NCBI GenBank assembly: GCA_951406725.2
Contig: OX597814.1
Location: 64,790,001-64,854,000, forward strand
DNA length: 64,000 nucleotides
Source: Octopus vulgaris
Taxonomy: Eukaryota
Reading direction: 5' to 3'
Positions within the stretch are counted from its first letter, which is position 1. Every line of letters begins with the position of its first letter. This document shows positions 1 through 12,984 of the stretch, piece by piece. Both the position numbers and the translations under genes were made by a program. The notes under the pieces were generated by a model. It worked only from the letters and a program-made list of their open reading frames with translations, was not told the origin of the DNA and did no database searches.

Positions 1-1116
1 TAGTTTACATATCAGGTGATGTGCAGAGTCGATTAAAATTCCAATCGAACGAAACAATATCTCGGAAATTTAATCTTGCTTATCTTATGCTCATACACAC
101 ATGCATATATATTCTATTTACACTCTTTATGTATGTGTGTGTAAATGTGGAAATTTTCCCTCGAGTATGTATATCTTTCAGGTGTTCTTTTAAAACTTAT
201 TAGGAAGATGGAGTCATTTGTTTCCTCGGTCCCGTTGATGCAGATATATTCACCATTAGCACTTGCATATTGACGTCTTCATCTAAAATGTTGACAAAAA
301 CGAGTCTACCACCTTTATAGCTCTGTTCTATCCCATGCTTTCTAGTTATATGTTTATTAAGGCGTGATAATGTCTTAATAAACAAGACTTTATCAGTTTT
401 ATAAGTATTTGCATTTATAAGACATTTTATCGATGTAATATTTTAAGCAATACTTCCTTAAATCGCTAATGGTTAAATTTTGAAAACGAATCGATACTAT
501 TTATTCAGACCACGAACAATTGCATGATAAAGTGAATGAAAGAAGTGAAATGATAAAAAAAAAGATGAAAAAAAAAAACACGAGAAAAAAAGGATTAAAA
601 AGAAACGATGACTAAACGAAAAATAAAGAAAAATAAAACGACAACCTGTAACTTGCTTTGAATATAGAGTTTAAATAGTAGAAACAACACTTTAGACGAT
701 CATGCTTGCTAAGTAGAGAAACTCCGAATTAGAATAAGCTTCACATAAAACAACTTCATTGATCTACGTGCGTGTGCACGTACCGCTGGAGTCGTGAAAA
801 TGTATTGTTATAAATTCTGGTTCGGTTTTTCGTTCTATAATGCTTCACAAATATCACCAGCATGCTGTTCCGTTTTGTTTGTCTTTGATTTGATTTAACA
901 GTTATCAATTCATTAATGACTACTTATATGTGTAATTTATGGGCATACACACAATACATAAATACGTGCACTCATGCATTCATACACATACATACTTATA
1001 TTTGTACAAGTACACAGGCAAACATATGTACACGTATATTCATATATACATACATGCAAAGGTACATATATATATATATGTAGATATATATGTACATATA
1101 TGTATGTATGTGTATG

Positions 1117-1164
<48 letters not shown>

Positions 1165-1198
1165 GATATATATGTACGTATATGTATGTATGTGTATG

Positions 1199-1249
<51 letters not shown>

Positions 1250-1629
1250 GTGTGCGTGGCACTCCATCGGTTACGACGACGAGGGTTCCAGGTAATCTGA
1301 TCATCGGAACAGCCGGCTCTTGAAATTAACGTGCAAGTGGCTGAGCACTCCACAGACACGTGTACCCTTAACGTAGTTCTCGCGGAGATTTAGCGTGACA
1401 CAGTGTGACAAGGCTGGCCCTTTGAAATACAGGTGCAACGGAAATAGGAAGAAAGAGTGAGAGAAAGTTGTGGTGAAAAAATAGAGCAGGGTTCGCCACC
1501 ATACTTTGAGACTCGTGGAACTTTGTGTTTTCGCTCAATAAACACACACAACACCCGGTCTGGGAATCAAAACCGCGATCCAATGACCGCGAGTTCGCTG
1601 CCCTAACCACTGGGCCGTTGTGCCTCCAC
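1250..1629 (-). mobile_element. tRNA-derived SINE (tRNA-Arg-like head)
   Basis: Minus strand starts GTGGAGGCACAACGGCCCAGTGGTTAGGGCAGCGAACTCGCGG...GGTTTTGATTCCC (A/B boxes, TCG anticodon-like loop). The same head occurs at 47061 and the same tail at 9583. Confidence 0.85.
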
Positions 1630-1812
1630 TATATTTATAATACTCACACAGACACACAAGAAACATAAAGCATACATGCACACAGGCACGCACATACCTG
1701 TATGTATACGTTTATGACAGCCAACAATAAATCCTCTTAAATGGTAACTAGACTTGATAAAAATAGTACTGAATCTCCCTCAAACCGAACCAGCTTACAT
1801 ACACTGAACAAA

Positions 1813-2210
1813 CTAGTCCATAACATTCAAACAAGATATGATAGCACGTCTACCAAAGATGATCTTCCCTGAGCTGGCTTCTGGAGCAAGAAACTCTGGA
1901 AGGCCACTGAGGCGATGCAAGGCCAGCCTGAAAACTTCCCTTGAGGGTTGCGGCATTTCACCTCGTGGATGGGAATCGCTTGCCTCTGACCGCGGCGCCT
2001 GGCGTCCAGCTGTCCAAAAAGGTTCGAGGAAAAGCGCCTCAAGAGAATGGACCAGAAGCGACAAGCCTGAAAAGAGAAGATCCCCAACCCTACTTCTGGT
2101 GTTATGTGCCCAACATATGGCTGCATCTGCGTGTCCGACTTTGGGCTCCACTCCCACCCCCGGCGTCACTGACGTCATTGTCGAACACCAACAGACTTCC
2201 ATTATAATAA
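1813..2210 (+). mobile_element. RTE-clade LINE, 3' fragment
   Basis: ORF 1838..2215 reads RLPKMIFPELASGARNSGRPLRRCKASLKTSLEGCGISPRGWESLASDRGAWR, typical of the RTE ORF2 C-terminus, followed by a decayed Cys/His finger and an (ATA)-type tail. Confidence 0.85.
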
Positions 2211-2299
2211 CATGAAATATATACGAATGTAAAAATACTTTTGTTGATGAATAGCGTAGACTATAGTCAGGACTTCGTATTTGAAATTGCCAGTAGTTT

Positions 2300-2950
2300 C
2301 TTTTCTTCTACATCACTAGATTTTACGTAAGTTACGCAAGATGTGACATCAGTGTATATGAAAATATAACTTTCTGACAAAAAGAAAATACTGAATGATG
2401 TGATTTCACAGTGAGTATGTGATGCAAGTAATTATCCTTAATGCAGTACACGCTTTTTCCACTTCCAGGTATACACATATTCTTTTGGATGGCAAATACC
2501 ATTTATGAGTTGGAAACCCAAAATGCGCCGAGAGGACTGGATCGCATCAATCTTACTCTTTTTTTTTTTTTTTGAAGATCACAAACAGTAGCATCAAATA
2601 CAATGCTGATATATTTGAGTACATATTTCATCGATTTGATTCATATTTTGGCATTGACAAGTGCATGAAAAGTGTTTCTTAAAAGTGGGCAGCTAGGCAT
2701 GGCCCACCTGATGTCCATCTTAACAACTTATTGTATTCATATAGCATACACAGAATGGCTGAATGATTAAAATGCTAGCCTGGTAACTACACGGTGGTGG
2801 GTTCGATTTCTACGGTCGATCCATGACAGAAAATGTATATGACAGGTGAGTGGATTATGACAGTAATTATGGTATAGCTTTGTCATACAACATTGATTCT
2901 GCTTGAGAATTGCTTTAAAAGTACTTGTACCTATTGAATGCCCAGTCACT
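2300..2950 (-). pseudogene. Decayed Helitron Rep/helicase coding fragment
   Basis: Manual translation of minus strand ~2580-2725 gives KMDIRWAMPSCPLLRNTFHALVNAKI*IKSMKYVLKYISIVFDATV, resembling the Helitron Rep motif IDNRWVVPYxPxLxxxFxAHINVE...SIKYxxKYxxKGxD. RRILGF follows downstream. Confidence 0.7.
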
Positions 2951-3019
2951 TTCTATTGGGGAGCAGGTAATTCATTTTATCAAACAACTACGTCCTGGTG
3001 TGTGTGTGTGTGTGTGTGT

Positions 3020-3066
<47 letters not shown>

Positions 3067-3217
3067 TACTCGCTTTCGTGAATGGAGAAATAAAAGGAGT
3101 AAAATACAATTAGTAACTGACAAATATACACACAAGAACAAACAGTAGACACACATACACTCACGCACGCAAACACACACACATACGTTAACACACATAC
3201 ATGTGTATATACATACA

Positions 3218-3591
<374 letters not shown>

Positions 3592-4453
3592 ATACACACA
3601 CACACACACACACATACACACATACAAATATATATTTATACGTAGATGCATGCAACCAGTCACGTGCATATAACTATCTCTTTCTCTCTCTCTCTCTCCC
3701 ACTCTCTCTCTCTAGCTATCTTTCTCTCTATATATATATGATAAATTGTATCTTTAATAAAATATAATAAAAACGTATATACTGTGGTCATAATAAAATG
3801 AATAAGAACGAGCAAGTCGCCTTTGCTCGAACTCTCCAACGTGTATCATTTGGCGTGTGCATGCGTCGTCCTTCTGTATGGCAGCCCGTGTATTTGCACT
3901 TGTATATGACTGAGTGTGACTCTTACTTCTACCTATTGTTCTACCTTTTGCAAATATCGTTCAATTTCTAAAATATATATTTACTTTCTTCTCTTTTGTG
4001 GTTAGCAACTGGACTAAATTTGTTTCTGTTTTGTTTCTGTTTTGTTTTATTTTCGGTTTTCTTTTGAGGAGGTAGTTCAAAGGGTTATTTGATTTCATTT
4101 GACTACATTTGATTTATTTATGTATGTATTTATCATCACCATCAACATCACAACCACAATCACCACTGTTGACAACTACAGCGCAATCACCACCACTACC
4201 ACTGCCGCTGCTGCTGCCGCCACAGCCGCCGTGCACAATAACCACCACCAACAACAACAACGCCACCACCACCACAACCGCCACCTCTGCCACCGCCGTC
4301 GCCGTCATAAACACTGCTAGTCATTATTTCTGTATTCTTTTATTCCGTGATATCTCCTTTCATTTTATTGTTTGTTTGAATATATGATAGTGTTCATAAG
4401 TAACAATATGGCCGCTTATAAATAAACGCACACACACACGCATTCACACACAC

Positions 4454-4523
<70 letters not shown>

Positions 4524-4554
4524 GCGCACTCACGCGCGCGCATATATATACGTA

Positions 4555-5809
4555 GAGAGGTTGAACAAAATAATGGAAACACTTTAAAATTTCAAACAAA
4601 TTTATTTTGATATGGGGTAGGACCGCCTTTCGCAGTAATTACAGCTTGAATTCTACGAGGTATGGACTCGTATAAAGTTTGAATTTTTTCCAAAGGAATT
4701 TTTGTTCATTCTTCAGCTAAAACAGTCTCCAGCTCTTGTAGTTATGATGGTGGAGGATATCGACTGTTTACTTATTTTTCTAAAATGCACGATAAACATT
4801 CAATAATATTGAGATCTTGGGACTGTGGTGGCCAGATAAGATGTTCAACTTCCTCGTGCCATTCAGTAACAACTTTAGCTGTGTAAATTGGTGCATTATC
4901 ATCCTGACAGATTGCGTTTCCTTCCGGAAATAGTTCTGCAACCATAGGATGAATTTGATCAGATAAAATGCTTGAATAATCTATTAATTCTGCCATGAAG
5001 GGAAAACCATTGGGCCAACGGATTTCCACGATATAGTACCCCCAGATCATCACAGATCCACCTCTATTTTTAACAGTTGGAAGAAGGCAGTCTGGTTCAA
5101 ATACTTCTTTTGGCTGTCTTCACATGTATACTCAACCGGTGGTCGGAAATAAGGAAAATGATGACTCGTCCGAGAAAACAACATTCTTCCATTGCTCTAG
5201 GGACCAATTCTGTAGCTTTTTATTCAAGTCTAAACGCTTTGCAACGTTTGCTTTTGAAAGTAGTGGTTTTCTGATTGCAGCCCCCCCCTCCCCGTGAAAT
5301 CCGGCTTTGTGCAGCTCCCGGTGAATATTTTTTGTGGAAACTGGGTTCTCGGGGTGGTCATTAAGACCTGTAGTAATTTGGGGAGTTGTACTTTTGTGAT
5401 TCTTTCTAACAATTTGCGTAAGAGTCCGACGGCCCGTATTTGAAATGTTGATTTCTTCCGGAATTTTGTCTCGACAAGGAGGTTTTTCCCCCTTTCTCAA
5501 AGGTTTTCATTACTTTCGAGATAGTACTTCTTGATACAACAAACATTTCGGCAGTTTTCGTTATGCTAGCGCCTGCCATACGAGCACCAACAATTTGACT
5601 TCTTTCAATGTCCAGAGTTCTGTTATTTTAATGAATTTGAATTACCTTTTTCTGGTGATATCTGAAAAGAAACAGCAATTTTAGTAAAACATATTAAGCA
5701 ACACTAATATTAAATCAAAAAACAAAAAAAAAATAAAGAAGCTTTCGACGGTTTTATAGATATTTCAAAATTATGATGTTATGCTGTGTTTCCATTACTT
5801 TTCCAATCC

Positions 5810-5812
<3 letters not shown>
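4555..5812 (-). mobile_element. Full-length decayed Tc1-family DNA transposon
   Basis: Imperfect TIRs (GAGAGGTTGAACAAAATAATGGAAACAC / GTGTTTCCATTACTTTTCCAATCCCTG), TA on both flanks, transposase remnants inside. Confidence 0.92.
4607..5626 (-). pseudogene. Tc1 (DD34E) transposase pseudogene
   Basis: Frameshifted ORFs containing WKNVVFSDESSF, QDDNAPIY and WPPQSQDLNIIE. Confidence 0.92.
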
Positions 5813-5907
<95 letters not shown>

Positions 5908-6007
5908 GTGTGTGCGCGTGTGTGTGCATGTATATATATGTATATATATATGAATATATATGTATATATATGTATATATATATGTATATATACATATATA
6001 TATATAA

Positions 6008-6212
6008 AGTTAATCCAAACACGAAAACACAAAGAGAAAACAACAACGCGAGGACGTGGAACAAATATAGTATTATTGGACGCTCAAGAAGGAAGGAAGG
6101 GAAGAAGGAAGGTTTAACGTTTCGAGCGGAGCTCTTCGTCAGAAACATAGGAAAAGGGAAAATCCAGAGAAGTGAAGACGGAGGAAAAAAATCGCCAACG
6201 GTACACACGCGA
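6008..6212 (-). mobile_element. Short non-coding insert, Penelope pseudo-LTR-like, in (TA)n
   Basis: Bounded by (TA)n on both sides, carries a hammerhead motif, and is related to 30677..30850. Confidence 0.6.
6112..6146 (-). ncRNA. Minimal type I hammerhead ribozyme motif
   Basis: Minus strand GTTT-CTGACGA-A-GAGC-TCC-GCTC-GAAAC-GTT-AAAC: helix I GTTT/AAAC, helix II GAGC/GCTC, palindromic helix III ACGT, GUU cleavage triplet. Confidence 0.8.
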
Positions 6213-7156
6213 TATATATATACAATATTCTATAATTAGATACACAATTATAATCAGGGGTCAGTTAAGTGCCTCGTCACCTACATAAAAAAAGTGTTTA
6301 TATATATATATACATATTGCTTTTTATTTTCTCGTGTCTCATTTTGTTCACGTTTTTTTTAACGTCCCATACCCATATATGCATGTATATATACATATAT
6401 ATGCAGGTATGTACGAATATGTATGTATATATATTTATTTGTATATATGTGTGTAAATTTATGTATACGTTTGATTACGCGTGCATGTGGTTTGGGTTTA
6501 TATTGTTCATCTTCAGGTCAGCCCTAAGATTAAATACATTTGAATTCAGAGACAGTCCAGATGCGACCCTACCATCTATATATCTAATATTTCTTTTATT
6601 CTTATCATACAGTCTATATTGCAGCAAGTCATCAAAGTTGTCTTTTCTATACAGCAGGATGTGACCTGAGGAAGATTTTGCTAGTATTTTTAGCAGCTTG
6701 GGGTAAAGTAAATAAGAGGGCTCACTCGTTAACTCATTTCTCTATCGAGCGTGAGATTAAACTACGGAAATAGTGGTTTTTCATCGGCACCAACACGCGT
6801 GCTCCCTGGCCGACAACGACACCTTTTGAGGGAGGCTGCGCGACCGGCGAAACACGCCTGCTACCGCCTACGTTCTCTTTATGTAATTATCTTTTGTGAG
6901 AGAACGGGGTTTTAATGTGCACGAGTGAGTAAAATGAATGTTAGGTAGCGTGTAAAAATACTGTAAGTTTGCTTTTACGACTTTTCTGTCTAGTACAGCT
7001 GGCAATCGATTATCGCTTACCTCCTCCATTTTCAACTTTCGGCCATTATTCGTCTACATTTGCACACGTCCCTATTTGCATGTATATATATGTAAGTAAA
7101 GAAAGTCCGTACGTAATACTTTCATATATATATATATATATATAATTGGTATTTTT

Positions 7157-7328
7157 ATATAAGCTTCAAGCCTATGGCAATCTCTGTGCAATGTCTAAGG
7201 AAAATAGTCTAATAACGGAGCATATAAGCCCCCGACAGAAAAAAGAAGCCTGAAGGCTTATATGCCCCGCTATTAGACTATTTTCCTTAGACATTGCACG
7301 GTGATCGCCATAAGTTTTAAGCTTATAT
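7157..7328. repeat. Long imperfect inverted repeat (fold-back)
   Basis: Arms ~7157-7230 and ~7255-7328 (e.g. GTGCAATGTCTAAGGAAAATAGTCTAATA / TATTAGACTATTTTCCTTAGACATTGCAC), ~25-nt loop. Confidence 0.92.
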
Positions 7329-7424
7329 TAAATTATTTACTATTATTTACAAGATTGTAAAATTCGGCACGGTATAACAAAACCATTCGCACCGAAAGGA
7401 TATATATATATATAAATATAACCA

Positions 7425-8339
7425 AAAAAATGGCACCTTTTCACCAAGGAAGGCCTGTGTTACGTTGACACAAGGCATGGTGCAGAATCCTGGATAAGTA
7501 CCACATTATCAAGCCTAAACTTCTGCTCCATCCAAAGTAAATAAGCATTTCAGGATCTCCAAGCTTTGTCCCAATCTTCAAACCAGACTCAATGAATTTG
7601 TATCCCTGACATTTCTATCACTCGCCATGGCTCCAAATAGCATTACAGAAGCAGGATTCTTAGTCTCAAACACACGGATACGTCAGAAGGGTTGTATGCA
7701 ATCATTCGAGAATTTCTACGATTCACCTCAACGTCCACAATGAACTCTTTCCTCGTCCACAAACTCGGGAGTTTTTCCTACACTTTGATGCTTGATGAAT
7801 GACAGAAGCTTTGGTCATCTCGTGGCTCTGATTGTTTTTACCTTAGCTGTTAGGAGGTGACGCCGTCGTTGTACACAGCTAGTCATGCCAAGATTCCTGT
7901 TCACAACTCTAGACAACATGAAAAATGGCACATCGCGTTTCTTTGGAAGAGTTGTCATGGATATAGATGGGTTGTCTTCAATCGAACCTTTGAGGCCAGC
8001 GAGAAACTCTGGATTGCGCTTGGAATCACTTCGAGTCTGGCGTTTTTTCTATAAATTTTTTCCACTTGTTCAAATTGTTTATATACACGATAAATTGTCG
8101 CTTTTGAAAGTTTCGTCAACTTAACTTTATTGGCAGTGTGCTCAGCGCCTGCCAAAACAACAATGGCGGGACGATTCTGTTGTTCCATAACTTTCTGTGA
8201 TCGAATCAGTTCGCTATTTACCTGAAAAATAAAGAAGAGGATTAGATTTTCAAGAAATCAAGGTTTTGTCAAAAACTGAAATATTAAACCCACTAAGTTA
8301 ACTGCATAAAATTGGTCCAAATTTATCTGCAAGACCCTG
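7425..8339 (-). mobile_element. 3'-truncated Tc1/mariner-superfamily element, maT (DD37D)-like
   Basis: End TA-CAGGGTCTTGCAGATAAATTTGGACC. The ORF has HTH-like KLTKLSKATIYRVYKQF, and further frames give FVDEE, VNRRNSR, KNPASVMLFG and IQDSAP. Confidence 0.8.
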
Positions 8340-8503
8340 TATAAACACACACACACGCACATATGCGCTACGATTCTCCAAGATTTTGTCACGCATGGCT
8401 GAAGTCTAATGACGCAAACAAGTAAAAGAAGAGATAGCTAGTTTGATAGATAAATAGATAGATAAATTTATGTACATAAGACTTGTGTGTTTTAATGTTG
8501 CTA

Positions 8504-8655
8504 TTGGTTCAGTCGATAGAAGGAAAATTGAACAAGTAAAAGAACAATCTCCAGAGATTGTTATTCTGTTATTAGTGTTATGTTCAGGACAAAAGTGTCA
8601 ATTCTATATAGCTCAGACAACCAGCTTATATATAGTTACCATCATGTGATAACTC
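8504..8655 (+). repeat. Left arm of ~150-bp spaced inverted repeat
   Basis: Reverse complement of 9422..9573 with scattered mismatches. Confidence 0.92.
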
Positions 8656-8753
8656 CCAACTGTTTATAAAATTTTTAACATGTGATCAACCAATGTTTTG
8701 ACAGCTTTTAGCCATATATATATATATTTATGTATATTAAGTGTGGGTATTTG

Positions 8754-8784
<31 letters not shown>

Positions 8785-8848
8785 TTATATATATATATAT
8801 ACATATATACATATATGAATATATATACATAAATATATATATACATAT

Positions 8849-8880
<32 letters not shown>

Positions 8881-9286
8881 TACATATGTATACATGTATT
8901 AATGCATATGTATGTATATATGTATGTATGTATGTATGTATGCATGTATGTATAATACGAGTGTTCGACTTAGAAAAAGTAATGATTAATTCAAATAATT
9001 TTTATTCAGCGTCAGAGAAAAATAATCTTAATCGTAGTATAGTACCATATTTCTAATGTTATAACAGGTGTAAAACTCTACGCATCTCATTAAGCTCTGA
9101 TATTAATAGCACTAGATATTAAGCATCACGCCTATGCAAAGGAATGCGACTCACCAAGGAAGAAAATGAAGGGTTTAAGAATTCAACAACACCGTAGTCA
9201 TTAACATAGACACTTAGATACATGCTTTTAACAAAATAATTATGCACTCCTCCCCTAAAACATATCCCACAAGATAATATGTATGC

Positions 9287-9341
<55 letters not shown>

Positions 9342-9421
9342 TATATAAATATAAATATATATAAAATAAATAAATAAATAAATAAATATATATATATATA
9401 TAAACAACGCCAATTAAATGT

Positions 9422-9573
9422 GAGTTATCAAATGATGGTAACTATATATAAGCTGGTTGTCCTGGTTGTATAGAATTGACACTTTTGTCCTGAACATAAC
9501 ACTAATAACAGAATAAGAATCTCTGGAGATTGTTCTTTTACTTGTTCAATTTTCCTCCTATCGACTGAACCAA
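9422..9573 (-). repeat. Right arm of ~150-bp spaced inverted repeat
   Basis: Reverse complement of 8504..8655, e.g. GAATTGACACTTTTGTCCTGAACATAACACTAATAACAGAATAA. Confidence 0.92.
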
Positions 9574-9582
9574 CGTATACAG

Positions 9583-9827
9583 AACATGGCACTCTCTCGG
9601 TTATGATGACGAGGGTTCCAGTTGATCCGATCCACGGAACATCTTGCTCATGAAAGCAATGTCCAAATGGCTGAGCACTCCACAAACATGCGTACTCTTA
9701 ATGTAGTTCTCAGGGTGATTCGGCGTGACATAGAATGTGACAAAGGTAATCCTTTAGATTTACAGGTACAACTCAATTTTGCCGGCTGAATGGACTGGAG
9801 CAACATGAAATAAAGTGTCTTGTTCAA
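9583..9827 (-). mobile_element. SINE fragment with the same tail as 1250..1440 but a different body
   Basis: GACGAGGGTTCCAG...GGCTGAGCACTCCACA shared with 1250..1440. The body reads CAAGACACTTTATTTCATGTTGCTCCAGTCCA on the minus strand. Confidence 0.8.
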
Positions 9828-9864
9828 CATCATCAAACAACTTAAGAAAGCAAAAAAGTGAATG

Positions 9865-10062
9865 TTCCTTTCCTCTGCGGGTACAAAGTTTGAAATCTTC
9901 GGGGAAGAGATTAATCGATTACGTCAATCCCAGGGCCCAACCTGTGCTTATTTAACGAACCTGAAAGAAATAAAAGTCATCGTGGAAGGAATTTGAGGGC
10001 AGAATGTCAAGAGCCAGGAGAGATGCAGTTAAGGCTTTTAAACAACTCTGCCAGTTCGCCGA
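9865..10062 (-). mobile_element. SINE family A, diverged copy
   Basis: GAAGGAATTTGAGGGCAGAA...CTCTGCCAGTTCGCCG aligns by eye to the family A consensus. Confidence 0.7.
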
Positions 10063-11111
10063 CCTACAAGCTAGAAGCATAAATAATGTTAATAATAAAC
10101 TATTGAAAAACAGAAAATTGGCAAACATTTTTAACCAACATACGTCACAAAAATAATAATGAATTTCTACAAAAGGAAATTTGTACCGACAACCACATCA
10201 GAAACAATAGCCAAAGCAATAAAAGAACCATTACGCAATCTCTTAAGATGCTACCAAAACAATTTAATTCACTTCAGTTGTGTTCTACCAGCAAATTCGT
10301 CAATATAGTAATATGGCATGTATAATATAAACGAAAAAGCTAAAATGGTTATGGTTAAATTTCTTTTGAAAACTCGGTTTCCTCCACTGGGTTGTCTTTG
10401 GAAGGAGCAACGACAGCAGCAATAATGTTCATCACTTGTCATATAATCAATCTCAAATAATGATCACCAACGCTGCAATACCAAGTAAAACCATAAAAAA
10501 TTCAAACTTAGGAACATATATTAGAAAATAGGCGCATATCATTTAGTGCATATTTTTGATCCGTTCTTTTCATACACCTAAAACAATTAAGGCATGAAAG
10601 ATTCACAGCACACATGCTTAAAAATATGCACATGCACACACAGACACACACACATACACACATACGCACACAAACTCAAATGTATGTGTGTGTATGTATG
10701 TACGTGTGTGTCTATATACAAATGCATATACATAATGAGCAGTGCAATAATAAATTAGTAGCCGAAATATTAAAATATGAACCAGAGATAAGTCTAATCT
10801 GTGTATATTTATTTTAATATGTGTTTCAGTTGTTGTTTTTTTATTGCACCAATCTTGTGTAGCAAATTCTATATAGTAGGCTCCAAATGTTTGTAAATAT
10901 ATTCTATTTGCATATTCAGCTGAGCACTCTTATTACGGTTACATAGACAAAACAGAACGGACTAAATAACAATGTACCTTCTTACATACATAAGTATATA
11001 TGTACACGCTCACACACGCACGTCTGTATATATGGATGTAATTATATGTTTATATGCATATATACATATGTGTGTGTGTGTATTAATGTTTACATGCGTA
11101 TATATATATAA

Positions 11112-11150
<39 letters not shown>

Positions 11151-11165
11151 TATATATATATATGC

Positions 11166-11268
<103 letters not shown>

Positions 11269-11275
11269 GAGAGAT

Positions 11276-11308
<33 letters not shown>

Positions 11309-11624
11309 GGAAAAAAAGCAACGAAAACTATTTTTAAAGAGCTGTGGGAAGAATTATACTCTTTTGTTTGTTTTACTTTCTGCTTGTGTAAATATTAATA
11401 GCTTTCTAAGTCCATAAGTACACAAGCAAAATGAGATTGAGTCTAGGCAAATACCCTAATGTTTGTTAGTATAAAGAATATCAATAAACACATGTCATGC
11501 GTCTTTACATTGGTTTTTATAACTTTCTTTCCTTTCTTTGGTTGCTTTTTATATTATTATGAATATCGTTTATCATTATTGTTAACATTGTTATTATATA
11601 TAATAATAAAACTAATAGTATCTT

Positions 11625-11810
11625 ACCCAGGCACAAGCCAGATTCGAGAGGTGTGGGCGAGTGGGATTATTGATTTATTGATTCTAGTGCCTGATTGGTA
11701 CTTATTTTATCGACCATAGGACAAAGAAAAGCAAAGGCAAATCTCGGCAGGACTTGATCTAACAGAGTTAAACCCGTGATTAAATATTGCAATGCCTTGT
11801 ATCTGCCGTT
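11625..11810 (-). mobile_element. SINE family A, diverged copy
   Basis: TGGTACTTATTTTATCGACC...AAAGCAAAGGCAAATCTCGGCAGGA. Confidence 0.7.
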
Positions 11811-11995
11811 TGCCTATTTTTCTTCATACTGCTATTTCAAAATAAAGTGCGAGTACCCCTATTTTTTAAGAGTGTACAATCGATTGAATTACTACGTTCA
11901 ACTATTTGCTTGATCAAAGTGTAATTTGAACTCACAACATAAAGGACAGGCATTTTTGTTTGATACTCAACTCATCAGCCCTCTACAAGAAATAC

Positions 11996-12054
<59 letters not shown>

Positions 12055-12055
<1 letters not shown>

Positions 12056-12278
12056 GCATCCTACGCAAAATACTCTCTATGTAATCCCAAGGTTTAAAAC
12101 AAACCTTTTTTTTTTTTAATTTATGTATTAGACATTCACTAGTACAACACAACCCCCCCCCCCAAATATATGGCACACTAGGCATAACAACAACGTGAAC
12201 TTCCAACCTGTTGTCTCTTGAGGTCTCTGGATGAGACTTGGAGTCAACTTGTACTGACGTAAAGCAAAAGTCAAACAT
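12055..12278 (+). mobile_element. R4/Dong-like LINE, extreme 3' fragment in (TAA)n
   Basis: Matches the 3' end of 28090..28785 (GTTGTCTCTTGAGGTCTCTGG...AGCAAAAGTCAAACATA) and has (TAA)n on both sides. Confidence 0.8.
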
Positions 12279-12279
12279 A

Positions 12280-12361
<82 letters not shown>

Positions 12362-12362
12362 T

Positions 12363-12903
12363 TTAATTGCCTTGATGCAGTACCAGGCACTGGCTCTCAT
12401 GGCTTCTGATCTTATCTGATTGGAAATGTTATCATGTACATTGTTTTGTCTTGGTATAAAAGATATGCTACACCAAATATTCTGTTCACTTGTTTGACCT
12501 TAACTAGTTGAGCATGTTTCTTACTGGCTGACGATATGTGCATCTCTGATCATTAGCAGGAGTAGTGAGGGAGTATCCTAGCCATGTGTTGAGAGGAATT
12601 CTTCGGGGTTTGAATAATTTTCCTCTGGAAACATTGGTATTTCGTTCAACATCTTTAAACAACCCTTATTTAGGAACCTTTTAAGCAGAATGGGCCACTC
12701 GAGCCGAAGAAAATTATAACTGGGCCCCACCTGCAAGGTCATACACTGCTTATCTTGATTTAGGTTTCACCATATCATGCACATATGGTTGTGATGCATA
12801 TGCCTGGTGTACCCTTATCAGACAGTAGTCATGATGGGTATTCTGAGCTTCGTATATTTGTACCCCAGTGTCACTTTGGTGGTATGTGCTGCTCTCTCAC
12901 TTA
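12363..12903. mobile_element. Interspersed repeat associated with (TAA)n, probable retroelement 3' region
   Basis: Second copy at 58775..59125 (AACTGGGCCCCACCTGCAAGGTCAT, AAACAACCCTTATT), both next to (TAA)n/(TAC)n. Confidence 0.75.
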
Positions 12904-12908
12904 ATAAC

Positions 12909-12968
<60 letters not shown>

Positions 12969-12984
12969 TAATAATAATAATGAT

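Noticed and set aside
200-435. Possible C2H2 zinc-finger remnant on the minus strand (YKCKY...TLSRLNKHITRKH)
   Set aside because: Needs a frameshift, lacks the second Cys, and has no neighbouring fingers or TGEKP linker.
4099-4387. His/Ala/Gln-rich ORFs resembling a transcription-factor low-complexity region
   Set aside because: Degenerate trinucleotide repeat, no domain, non-ATG starts. It may be UTR but this is unsupported.
6820-6860. GC-rich patch with GGCGAAAC resembling a hammerhead half
   Set aside because: No CTGANGA box, no helix I and no valid helix III/triplet.
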